This document shows positions 31,301 through 39,037 of a stretch of 64,000 nt of DNA, piece after piece. The translations under genes and the position numbers were made by a program. The first letter of the stretch is position 1, and the number at the start of each line of letters is the position of its first letter. The stretch is taken from NCBI GenBank assembly GCA_963798085.1, contig CAWCRS010000007.1, positions 224,001 through 288,000 of the forward strand, given 5' to 3'. The DNA comes from an uncultured Gemmatimonadales bacterium. GTDB taxonomy: Bacteria > Gemmatimonadota > Gemmatimonadetes > Longimicrobiales > RSA9. The notes under the pieces were generated by a model. That model was not told where the DNA came from. It made no database searches and saw nothing but the letters and a program-made list of their open reading frames with translations.

Positions 31301-32113
31301 GCGGACATGAAGTTCTACTGGAGCACCGCCGGCCTGGACAGCGTGATTGACGTCACGCACAACGTGACCGTGCCGTTCGCCGGCGCCGCACGAGCCAGTT
31401 TCGGTTTCCTGACGGACAACGGTGACAAGGACGGGAAGCTCACCTACGGCGACTTCTACTACATCCCCGGGTTCGAGAGTACGGGCAACATCGGCTCGTT
31501 CTCGCAGAACAGTCCGGCGCCGCTGAGCCGCCAGCCCGTATCGATGCCGGTCGACGTTACGGGTGACCTGCAACCTGACGGCAATGGCTTCGGCATCTAC
31601 ATTGCGGGCGAGCCCTTCCTGTTCATGGGCCCGGTTCCCACCAGTGGCGTATGGACGCTGCGCACGTACGCGGGCACCGTGACGCAGAACAGCGCCGGTC
31701 AGTACAGCTTCACCCCGTACGGAGCGTTCCCGGCCGTGCCGGGTCTGCGCTTCGTGGTCAACGTGACGGCGCCGGCCACGATCGTTGCGGATCAGGCGGA
31801 TCTGTCCAAGGTGCACACGGTGCCGGACCCCTACTACGCGGTCAGCCAATTCGAACTGGGTCCATCCTCGAAGGAGCTGCATTTCATCAACCTGCCGGCC
31901 AAGGCGACCATCCGCATTTACAGCATGAGCGGCGTGCTCGTCGACATCCTGAATCACGACAATGTGTCCGGCAGCGGCCAGGAGCCGTGGGACCTGCGCA
32001 ACCGCAGCGGTCAGTTCGTGGCCAGCGGTGTGTACTTCTACCACCTGTCGACGCCCGATGGTAAGACGGCGATCGGCAAGTTCACGGTGATCAACTCGGG
32101 CTTCGCCCGTTAA
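28397..32113 (+). CDS. Large secreted protein with Fn3-like domain and T9SS-type/FlgD-like C-terminal sorting domain
   Basis: Signal peptide; Fn3-like QITVVWE..EGYRIYR..YVDKDVRNGFQYFYKVTAFD; C-terminus VPDPY..FINLP..TIRIYSMSG..WDLRNRSGQFVASGVYFYH..GKFTVI. Confidence 0.8.
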   Translation: MNRETRGGLARRTGLAALSAMLLLPTFVAGQSVAEKYRQARERSSPFNLSSSANSVLQVNKFQCGLSNKGFVCTNVFDSPTGGGGFWPTGTVDQYMFRSGGQIFGIIPGSKADNPWAGDTVGAFFNEGTGQRGHGTPVTEIYNSLDPNDLANWPDVGSVDHFPEATAWVTDTSLFNDVLIGRKAASQQDTWQLYWDGDPGPTLGRNHPMGILVEQRSLAWNYPSGNEAIIYFIYKFTNVTNNPYFQQLNEAKFFGGANQLPDGGWRIDSIYVAVDSDADVDADKADQNYATGILPFNLGIAYLNSFYEPAFDYPPSEFHAPFFPAAVGIVGVKFLKSPTNPATGKEVGLTSLSLHTNGGAFPDPANVQRGWRYVSLNVDAGKGDPNCTFSINEVKARRACYLGQTASDVRFFIGSGPFSLDPGQSATVAVAMYAAATVATSQIQITADNKPGIPSIHPGCFGDPIRPIEVGSGWVKTNTCPSDPADAVDQHDVQVVTGSLLGKGLVAQAIFDNKFLLGFAPETPTFQLVPGNNQITVVWEPSNTEKEGDPFFVAAGDPNSPLYDPNYRQFNVEGYRIYRGTTPGNLHLIAQFDKKGSVFEDNLCVTDPTFVVGDTCPGSTEVDLTGAFVQYPPGGVVRLADGTPLVVKADTALAAEIAAGNGQPLSDTGIPYAYVDKDVRNGFQYFYKVTAFDINSLNSGPSSLESAGGSKNTTPRAAATSLADAQFAVGLFGRGNTPLTGQAPSIDPVTGEFSGPAAPTGLMTGEFLPFAAQLLPAGTKEIRIDSVVPGYYPNGVIATFYVTADGQHTSVQFSNGNVSGGHTDPETHDLPVVSVASDPTIRQQLIAKGVDAPASAGSLTAQLASERPHWGSVDSDWAFKQPGFWDPYDPPTTLPGGSRWFTGANEATKDPTAGYAAGFIQGYTIFKPEPYQTVAPAPTGATALTAFRGQSGDIMRRFYGTTFGAHRAADMKFYWSTAGLDSVIDVTHNVTVPFAGAARASFGFLTDNGDKDGKLTYGDFYYIPGFESTGNIGSFSQNSPAPLSRQPVSMPVDVTGDLQPDGNGFGIYIAGEPFLFMGPVPTSGVWTLRTYAGTVTQNSAGQYSFTPYGAFPAVPGLRFVVNVTAPATIVADQADLSKVHTVPDPYYAVSQFELGPSSKELHFINLPAKATIRIYSMSGVLVDILNHDNVSGSGQEPWDLRNRSGQFVASGVYFYHLSTPDGKTAIGKFTVINSGFAR

Positions 32114-32119
32114 CGACTC

Positions 32120-32151
32120 TGCGCCGGGGCCGCGCAAGCGGTCCCGGCGCA
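32120..32151 (+). other. Intergenic GNRA-capped stem-loop
   Basis: TGCGCCGGGGCCGC-GCAA-GCGGTCCCGGCGCA, 14-bp stem with one G-U pair. Confidence 0.7.
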
Positions 32152-32173
32152 CACCTCACGAGGAGAGGATCCG

Positions 32174-33325
32174 ATGAGGATGATTCGCAGGACGGTAACG
32201 GGGCTCGCCCTGTTGGCCATGACGGCGGGATCGGTGCTCGCACAGAGTCAGCCGAACACGATCCAGCTGAAGAAAGAAAACTCCGGTGTGGGCACCACAT
32301 CGGCGGAGTTCCTGCTGATGGGTGCGGGTGCGCGCGGCATGGCGCTGGGTCCCGCATTCTCGGCACTCACGCGCGATGTCGAAGCGCTCTATTACAACCC
32401 TGCCGCGCTGCCGCTCATGGAGGGCGCGGAGGCGAGGGTCAGCCTGATGCCGTATTTCGCGAACACGAATTACCTGTGGGCAGGGGCGGCACTGCCCATA
32501 CGCGGCGGCGAGTACGGCTTCGGCCTTTCCATCGCTAACTTCGGGTTTTCGGAACAGCCTGTTTACACCGAAGTCGATCAGAATAACGACAGCCAGTTGA
32601 CGTACGGCGTGTCGGAGACGGTGATCGGCCTGTCGTTCGCGCACTCGTTCATTGACCGGTTCAGCGGCGGTCTCACGGTCAAGTGGATCTCGGACCAGCT
32701 GGGCCAGTCCACCGCTACGGGCGCCGCGCTCGATATCGGTACCAACTATCACTCGGAAATCGGCGGCCGGCCCATTTCCATGTCATTCGTGATCCAGAAC
32801 CTGGGCACGACACTGAAGCATACGGGCAGCGGGCTGGACTTCAATTCCTACCCGCAGAGCGAGGACCCGGCGTTCCCGGTACGCGCGCTGGATCCGTCCC
32901 CCGCGCGCTTCGAGGCTGCAGCGTCGCCGCTGCCGGTCGTGTTCCGCGTGGGCCTGGCCTACGATCTGATGTCGTCGGCCAGCAACCGGCTTTCCATGCT
33001 GGGCGAGTTCAACGAGTTCTACAACAACAGTCCCAGCTTCGGCTTCGCGTCCGAGTACCAGTGGGCGCCGACGGAATCGCCGCTCAAGGTGGCGCTGCGC
33101 GGCAGCTACGCGTACCAGCCGGACAACAATCTGACGTCGACCGAACAGAACAACTTCGGTAACGCAGCCACCTCCGTGAAGAACGAAGGTCTGGACGGAC
33201 TGACCGTAGGAGGCGGGCTGCGCTATCACCTGGGCACGTACGAAGTGGCCGCGGATTACGCGTACCGTCACTTCGGCGTGCTGGGCGCGCGCAATGTGTT
33301 CACGGTGGGCTTCGCGTGGCATTGA
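32174..33325 (+). CDS. PorV/PorQ-family outer-membrane beta-barrel
   Basis: Signal peptide, then GTTSAEFLLMGAGARGMALG..ALYYNPAAL (FadL/PorV-type hatch), ALDIG, QNLG, LPVVFRVG, C-terminal aromatic strand. Confidence 0.85.
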   Translation: MRMIRRTVTGLALLAMTAGSVLAQSQPNTIQLKKENSGVGTTSAEFLLMGAGARGMALGPAFSALTRDVEALYYNPAALPLMEGAEARVSLMPYFANTNYLWAGAALPIRGGEYGFGLSIANFGFSEQPVYTEVDQNNDSQLTYGVSETVIGLSFAHSFIDRFSGGLTVKWISDQLGQSTATGAALDIGTNYHSEIGGRPISMSFVIQNLGTTLKHTGSGLDFNSYPQSEDPAFPVRALDPSPARFEAAASPLPVVFRVGLAYDLMSSASNRLSMLGEFNEFYNNSPSFGFASEYQWAPTESPLKVALRGSYAYQPDNNLTSTEQNNFGNAATSVKNEGLDGLTVGGGLRYHLGTYEVAADYAYRHFGVLGARNVFTVGFAWH

Positions 33326-33369
33326 GCGACGCTCCCGTAATGATGCGCCAGGCATAAAGGCAGGATTCG

Positions 33370-34770
33370 ATGTGGGCAGCAGCAGCAGGGCTGGTAACGG
33401 CGGCGGCCATGGCCGCCGCCGGACCGGGCACAGGTGCGGATCAGCTGCAGATCACGCTGTATCGTTCGTGGTATCCGCCCAATGTCACCGTGGTCAACGG
33501 GCTGTTCCGCGTGGATGGTGCGATGCTGGGCACGGGCGACGCATGCGAGTACCACGTGCGGCTGTCCGTGGATGATTCGGCGGGCACCCGCCTGGTGAAC
33601 AATGAATGGGACGGCCACTGTCCGGCCGCTGTCGATGGCAAGCCCTCGGCGGCACTGGAGACCTTCCAGTTCGCTGTGGTGCCCTCGCACTACACGGTGC
33701 AGGTGACGGTGGACGCGAAGAACGTCGCACAGCCGATGCGACTCTCGGCGCGCGTGCCGCTGGAAAGCCTGGCGCTGTCGGCGCGCACGTCCGACCTGAT
33801 TCTGGCGACGAAGGTCGGCTGGGTGGATTCGACCAGCAATGTGCAGTGGACGATCAAGAAGAACAAACTGGGCATTGCGGCCGCCTCGGAAGCCGTGGCG
33901 GGGGAGACGAATCCGTACATCTCCTACTATCTCGAGATCTATCCCCGCGAGATGGGGCCCATGAACGGCACACTGGTGGGTGTGATTCGCAGACCTGACG
34001 GCAAACAGATCGCGCGACTGGATCTGCAGAAGGTGCAGCAGGTGACAGAGGCGCGGCCGCTGGCGGGCAATCTGTCGCTTGCCGGGCTGGCGCCGGGCGA
34101 CTACGTGCTGGAAGCCCGGCTGGAGCTGTCCGACACCGTGCTGGTGCGCACGCACGCGTTCCGCATGGAAGGCAGGGATTTCGCGGAGCAGGCGCCGGGC
34201 GCGCCCACGACGGGCTACTTCGCCTCACTGTCCGACGAGCAGCTCTCGCAGCTCTTCGATCCGGTGTCGGCGCTGCTGCAGAAGCAGTCCGACCGCGATC
34301 TCTACGGGCGTCTCAATCCGGATGGCCGGCGCCGCTTCCTGGCGCAGTACTTCGGCGTGACGCAGCCATCGGCCGGTGGGCAGGCTAACAATGCGTTGGA
34401 CATGTACCTGGCGCGTGTCCAGTTCGTGAACAGGGAATATGCCGGGCGCGGCGGGCAGGCCGGCTGGACCACGGACCGTGGCCACATCTACCTGCTGCGC
34501 GGTGCCCCGCAGTCGAAGGTGGCGAAGCCTCTGCCGCCGGGTGGCTCTTCGCCGTACGAGATCTGGCAGTATACGTCGGCGCCGGGCTACTTCTATCTGT
34601 TCATCGACGAATCAAGGATCAACAGCTACCGGTTGATCGTAAGCAGTGATCCGAACGAGTCGACGCTGCCCGACTGGGACCGGCGACTCAGTGACGAAGC
34701 CGTGGAGGACATCCGGCGCATGGGGATCCGCCTGCCCAACGTGTCGGGCGGCGGCCTGCTCCAGAACTAA
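33370..34770 (+). CDS. GWxTD-domain protein with N-terminal Ig-like domains
   Basis: YLARVQFVNREY..AGWTTDRGHIYLLRGAP..PYEIWQY..YLFID; preceded by LAPGDYVLEARL beta-sandwich; signal-like N-terminus. Confidence 0.88.
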   Translation: MWAAAAGLVTAAAMAAAGPGTGADQLQITLYRSWYPPNVTVVNGLFRVDGAMLGTGDACEYHVRLSVDDSAGTRLVNNEWDGHCPAAVDGKPSAALETFQFAVVPSHYTVQVTVDAKNVAQPMRLSARVPLESLALSARTSDLILATKVGWVDSTSNVQWTIKKNKLGIAAASEAVAGETNPYISYYLEIYPREMGPMNGTLVGVIRRPDGKQIARLDLQKVQQVTEARPLAGNLSLAGLAPGDYVLEARLELSDTVLVRTHAFRMEGRDFAEQAPGAPTTGYFASLSDEQLSQLFDPVSALLQKQSDRDLYGRLNPDGRRRFLAQYFGVTQPSAGGQANNALDMYLARVQFVNREYAGRGGQAGWTTDRGHIYLLRGAPQSKVAKPLPPGGSSPYEIWQYTSAPGYFYLFIDESRINSYRLIVSSDPNESTLPDWDRRLSDEAVEDIRRMGIRLPNVSGGGLLQN

Positions 34771-34839
34771 CGCGCTCTTTCGAGACTGACGGGATCCACA
34801 AGGGAACTGCCCCGGAGCCGGGGCGCATGGAGGAACGAC

Positions 34840-35217
34840 ATGTCGAAGCGGATCGGTCTTCTGGCAATGCTCGGAGTGGCGGGTCTGGTCGCAATGGCAG
34901 CCTGCGACAACAACCCGCTTTCCAAGGACCGCGACAAGGTGACGCGTCTGGATCTCAACCCGAGTTTTGCCAACGTCAAGGTGAATGACTCGACGTTCGT
35001 GACGGCCATTGCGCTCAATCGCAACGGCGAGCCGACCGGAGACGCGGTGCAGGGCACCGCGTGCGATGGCAAGATCACGATCAAGAATGATCCCACGCGC
35101 ACCAACTTCGAGCCGCCGGAGCGGTGGATCGTTCATGGCGTGACCGCTGGTCAGTCGTGCGTCAATGTGAGTTCGGCGGGCGTCACGTCATCCGTCGTGA
35201 TCAACGTCGTTCAGTAG
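34840..35217 (+). CDS. Small lipoprotein with Big_2-like Ig domain
   Basis: GGAGG RBS, lipobox MAAC, beta-rich body ending GVTAGQSCVNVSSAGVTSSVVINV. Confidence 0.8.
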   Translation: MSKRIGLLAMLGVAGLVAMAACDNNPLSKDRDKVTRLDLNPSFANVKVNDSTFVTAIALNRNGEPTGDAVQGTACDGKITIKNDPTRTNFEPPERWIVHGVTAGQSCVNVSSAGVTSSVVINVVQ

Positions 35218-35222
35218 CGACA

Positions 35223-35246
35223 CCGGCCGCGTTCTGACGCGGCCGG
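35223..35246 (+). other. Stem-loop after the last operon gene
   Basis: Perfect stem CCGGCCGCGT/ACGCGGCCGG. Confidence 0.6.
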
Positions 35247-35305
35247 CGCCACACGAACCGCGCGCGACGCGTGCCTTCGGGCGCCTGCGTCCTGCGGCGA
35301 AACGA

Positions 35306-35349
35306 GAACGCCTCCCGGCGCGGTCCGCGTCCGGGAGGCGTTCCTCTTC
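35306..35349. terminator. Probable bidirectional terminator
   Basis: 13-bp stem GAACGCCTCCCGG/CCGGGAGGCGTTC between convergent genes. Confidence 0.6.
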
Positions 35350-35392
35350 GTGGATCAGCGCGGCCGCGTGTTTACGCGATCCCGCATCAGCG

Positions 35393-36769
35393 TCACTCGC
35401 GGCGGCGGCATTCCTCCAGTGCATCGAAGAGTCGCTCGAAGTGCTCGGGCCTGTGCGCGGCGGTGGCGCAGAGTCGAAGACGTGCCTGACCGGGTGATAC
35501 GGCGGGATACACGACAGCGGAAACGAACACACCCATGGCAAGCATCCACCGCGCCCAGCGATAGGCTCGCCATTCGTCACCCAGAATCAGCGGCACGACC
35601 GGCGACGTCGAGGCGCCGATCTCGAACCCGCGTTCGCGCAGACCGCTGCGCAGCACCTGCTCATTGCGGTGCAGGCGCTGCACGTGCTCAGGCTCGGCCG
35701 AAATCACGCGCAATGCCTCGAGAACAGCGGCCGCATTTGCCGGCGTCATCGCAGCCGAGAAGATGTAGGGAGCCGAGCCGTGCTGAATGTAGATCTTGAG
35801 GCCCGGCGCGCCGGAAACGAACCCGCCCGACGAAGGTATGCCCTTGGACAGCGAGCCGGTCACGATATCGATGCGGCGAGGATCGATCTTCTGCGCTTCG
35901 CACACGCCGCGGCCGGTCGCGCCGATCGCGGCAATGGAGTGCGCTTCGTCGACCAGCAGGAAAGCGCCGTAGCGCTCCTTGATCTGGATGAGTTCTTCAA
36001 GCGGTGCCTGGTCGCCATCCATGCTGAACACCGCATCAACGGCCACCAGGATGCGCCGTGCGCCCCGGCTCTTCGCCTGGCGCAGGCGGCGCTCGAGGTC
36101 TTCCATGTCATTGTGACGGAAGCGACGCGTATCGCAGCCTGCCATGCGCGCGCCGTCCTGAATGCTCTGGTGCGCGTACTGGTCGAGAATGGCGAAGTCG
36201 CCGGGACCGAAAAGCGACGTGATGGCAGCGAGGTTCGCGTCGTACCCGGAGCCGAAGGTGGCGGCGGCCTCATGACCGAGAAACGTCGCCAGCTCATGCT
36301 CGACTTCGTGATGCAGCTCCAGGGTGCCCGTCAGGAGTCGAACACCACCGGTGGAAGTGCCCAGCTTCTCGACCATGCGCGCGGTTGCCGCCTTGATGCG
36401 CGGGTGTCCGGCAAGGCCGAGATAGCTGTAGGTGGAGAACAGCAGAAGCGGCTCGCCCAGCACTTCGATGTCGGGACCGCAATGTGTCTGCAGCGGCAAC
36501 TGATAGGTATAGAGCGAATGAGGCAGGCCCGCTGCGAACAGCTCGAACCAGCGCCGCACTGCGGGGGTGTCGAGCAGCGAACCTGGCTCGATCATGTCAT
36601 CGACACTGCGACCGTCGAAGAAACCGCTGAAGGGATCGCGTGTGTAGCCTTCGAGCGCGTCCGTCAGGCGCGCGGGAGGCGCACATTCGGCCGCGCCAGG
36701 TGCGCCGCTGCCAGGCTTCGCCGAAGCGCGCATCGCCGCAGCGCCGTCGCCGTCGGTCATGCCGGGCAT
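35393..36769 (-). CDS. PLP-dependent alpha-oxoamine synthase (BioF/Kbl/serine palmitoyltransferase family)
   Basis: YSYLGL, GGVRLLTGT, AHQSI, FRHND, DAVFSMDGD, VDEAHS, GSLSK, ARLR. Start is uncertain. Confidence 0.88.
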   Translation of the reverse strand: MPGMTDGDGAAAMRASAKPGSGAPGAAECAPPARLTDALEGYTRDPFSGFFDGRSVDDMIEPGSLLDTPAVRRWFELFAAGLPHSLYTYQLPLQTHCGPDIEVLGEPLLLFSTYSYLGLAGHPRIKAATARMVEKLGTSTGGVRLLTGTLELHHEVEHELATFLGHEAAATFGSGYDANLAAITSLFGPGDFAILDQYAHQSIQDGARMAGCDTRRFRHNDMEDLERRLRQAKSRGARRILVAVDAVFSMDGDQAPLEELIQIKERYGAFLLVDEAHSIAAIGATGRGVCEAQKIDPRRIDIVTGSLSKGIPSSGGFVSGAPGLKIYIQHGSAPYIFSAAMTPANAAAVLEALRVISAEPEHVQRLHRNEQVLRSGLRERGFEIGASTSPVVPLILGDEWRAYRWARWMLAMGVFVSAVVYPAVSPGQARLRLCATAAHRPEHFERLFDALEECRRRE

Positions 36770-36827
36770 GGGCAGGATGGGCGAACGCGCAGGCGGGTTC
36801 GATGCCGGACCCGCTCCGTTATCGCCA

Positions 36828-38048
36828 TCAGCCGGCCGCGAAGCGGAACGCGACCTTGACGGATCGCTGGCCGCCTTTGTCGAGGGCGGCTGCGAGTGCC
36901 GCACGATACTCCTCCAGGGCAAAGGTGTGCGTCACCATGCCGAGCCCGGCAAAGGTGTCGCGATGCAGAAGATCGAGCGCGGCCCGGTAGATCTCACATG
37001 ACTCGCCGCGCCAGGGCGCCAACCCGTACGCAAAGATACCGGCCACCGTCAGCTGGCGATACCAGACGCGCGTCCAGTCCGCCGTCAGACGAGCGGCCGC
37101 ACCCACGAGTACCACGCGACCGCCTTCGCGGCAGAGCGCCAGCGTATCCTGCACGGTGCGCGACGTGCCCACCGTGTCGAATATCAACGACGGCCCGCCC
37201 TCGACGAAGCGAGCTGCGAGCGTGGGCTTGTACGCGCGTGCCCCCGGCAACTGCGCAGCCCAGTGATACGCCTCATTGCGCGAGCGCAGCATTGTATCCG
37301 CGCCCGCCTGCTCCGCGCGCTCGAGCTGGAAATCGTAACGCCCGAGAACCGCAATGCCGCCCTGCCACCCCAGTGCGCGCAGGGAGCTGACAGTCAGCAG
37401 ACCGATCGTACCGGCGCCGATCACCAGAATCGTGTCGTCCGGGTGTGGCGGGTGCAGCAAGACCGGCCGCAACGCCGATGCCAGTGGGTCCGTGAGTAAC
37501 GCGACGTCGTCCGACAGACCATTCGTCGCGTGCAACTGGCTGCGGTGAGCGACGAAGTAACGCGACCATCCGCCGCCCGTCCGCGGGCAATACCCGATCA
37601 TGGGCCCGCGGCCCGGCGTGCCGTCGGTGGTTCGGCGGCACAGCCCGTATTCGCCGCGGGCACAGGCACTGCACGGGGGTGTCAGCTCACGCTGCGCGCA
37701 CGCGAGCATCGGATTGATGACGACGTGGTCGCCGACCGACCACTCCGTTACGGCCTGCCCCTTCTCAACGACCACACCCACGTTCTCGTGACCGAACGTG
37801 AACGGGTAGGCGCCGAACGGCTCGAGCGTAAAGCTGTCGTGCGCAGTCACCGCGGCCAGGTCGCTGCCGCAGATGCCGCTCAGCAGAGTCTCGATGCGTA
37901 CCCACTCCGGTCCCGGCAGTGCCGGTGGCTCCACATCATCCAGGGTCACACAGCCGAGTGGCGAAACCGGAAAGGCGGGGCGACCCGACCCTGCCCAGCG
38001 CGTGAGCAGATAGCGCACCGGCCGGTAGTGGAAGCGGATCGCGAGCAC
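36828..38048 (-). CDS. Zn-dependent medium-chain dehydrogenase
   Basis: GICGSDL, GHENVG, structural-Zn Cys cluster, GAGTIG. Confidence 0.9.
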   Translation of the reverse strand: MLAIRFHYRPVRYLLTRWAGSGRPAFPVSPLGCVTLDDVEPPALPGPEWVRIETLLSGICGSDLAAVTAHDSFTLEPFGAYPFTFGHENVGVVVEKGQAVTEWSVGDHVVINPMLACAQRELTPPCSACARGEYGLCRRTTDGTPGRGPMIGYCPRTGGGWSRYFVAHRSQLHATNGLSDDVALLTDPLASALRPVLLHPPHPDDTILVIGAGTIGLLTVSSLRALGWQGGIAVLGRYDFQLERAEQAGADTMLRSRNEAYHWAAQLPGARAYKPTLAARFVEGGPSLIFDTVGTSRTVQDTLALCREGGRVVLVGAAARLTADWTRVWYRQLTVAGIFAYGLAPWRGESCEIYRAALDLLHRDTFAGLGMVTHTFALEEYRAALAAALDKGGQRSVKVAFRFAAG

Positions 38049-38083
38049 CGTGGATCATAGGGCGGCGGGCTGGATCGGACAAG

Positions 38084-38380
38084 TTGGTGTCGGACCGTCT
38101 TTGCGTTCTTGGGTTTGGCACGGTCCGCTATCAACCGAGCCGGACCTTGTCCCTCCCCGTTCGCCGCGCGGCCCAATCGTCCATGGCAAGGCGCCGTCAA
38201 TCCACTACAATTGGGTGCGTTCTGCACAGCCAGGGTCGGTTTGCCCAGGCGCAGCATGGTCAGAAAGGTCGCGGGCATAGCGATACGGCGCACAACCCAA
38301 GAATGCCACGACGGTCCGCCAGGAATGGCATAGCGAAACGGAGCACAACCCAAGAACGCCAAGACGGTCCGACAGCAATG
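38084..38380. repeat. Three copies of a ~50-bp element: one inverted (38084-38132), two tandem (38275-38327, 38328-38380)
   Basis: Shared core ATAGCG..AACCCAAGAA..C.A/C.GACGGTCCG; the tandem period is 53 bp. Confidence 0.85.
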
Positions 38381-38491
38381 GCGCCCCACCTCACCAAACC
38401 GCATTTTGCGCACATGATGGGGGTCAAGACTCGAGCGCATGAACCAACCCGCGCGCCTGCCGGCCGCGATTCATCGGATCTGGCAGACACA

Positions 38492-39037
38492 ATGGATCGG
38501 CGAGGCTTCCTGCGCAGTGCCGCGGGTGGCACGGTGGCTGTCGCGGTAGCGTCGCTGCTTCCGGCCGGATGTTCTGCCGACTACCCGCAGGCCGCCGCCG
38601 ACGGCGTAACCCTCGCCACGCTCAGTCCCAAGGAATACGCCGTCATGCGCGCTGCCGCGGAAGCCCTGCTCGCGGGTGTGCCGGTGCAGCCGAAAGACGT
38701 TGCCTTGGCGGTGGACCTCGAGCTTGCGGCCGTGGGTGAGCCCATCGTCTCCGACATGAAGAATGTCCTGCGCCTGATCGAGCATTTCACGATCCTCGGC
38801 TGGCACCGCCGCACGTTCACCGAGCTGCGGCCCGACGAGCGCGTGCGTTATCTGCGTGGCTGGGCGACCTCGCGATTCGCGGTGCGACGCGCGGCGTATC
38901 AGGCACTGCGCGGTTTCGTCGACTACTTCGCATGGATCCGGCCGGAGACGCGTCCGCTCACCGGTTTCCGCGGTCCTCTTGCCGAAACCGTAAAGATCCC
39001 GCCGGTGCGTGCCGTCGATTTCGGAGACGTCGCATGA
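38492..39037 (+). CDS. Tat-exported lipoprotein, gluconate 2-dehydrogenase subunit 3-like
   Basis: DRRGFLRS twin-arginine motif, lipobox LPAGC, FTELRPDERVRYL; ATGA overlap with the GMC gene. Confidence 0.75.
   Translation: MDRRGFLRSAAGGTVAVAVASLLPAGCSADYPQAAADGVTLATLSPKEYAVMRAAAEALLAGVPVQPKDVALAVDLELAAVGEPIVSDMKNVLRLIEHFTILGWHRRTFTELRPDERVRYLRGWATSRFAVRRAAYQALRGFVDYFAWIRPETRPLTGFRGPLAETVKIPPVRAVDFGDVA

Noticed and set aside
38275..38380. CRISPR array
   Set aside because: Repeats abut with no unique spacers, and no cas genes are present.
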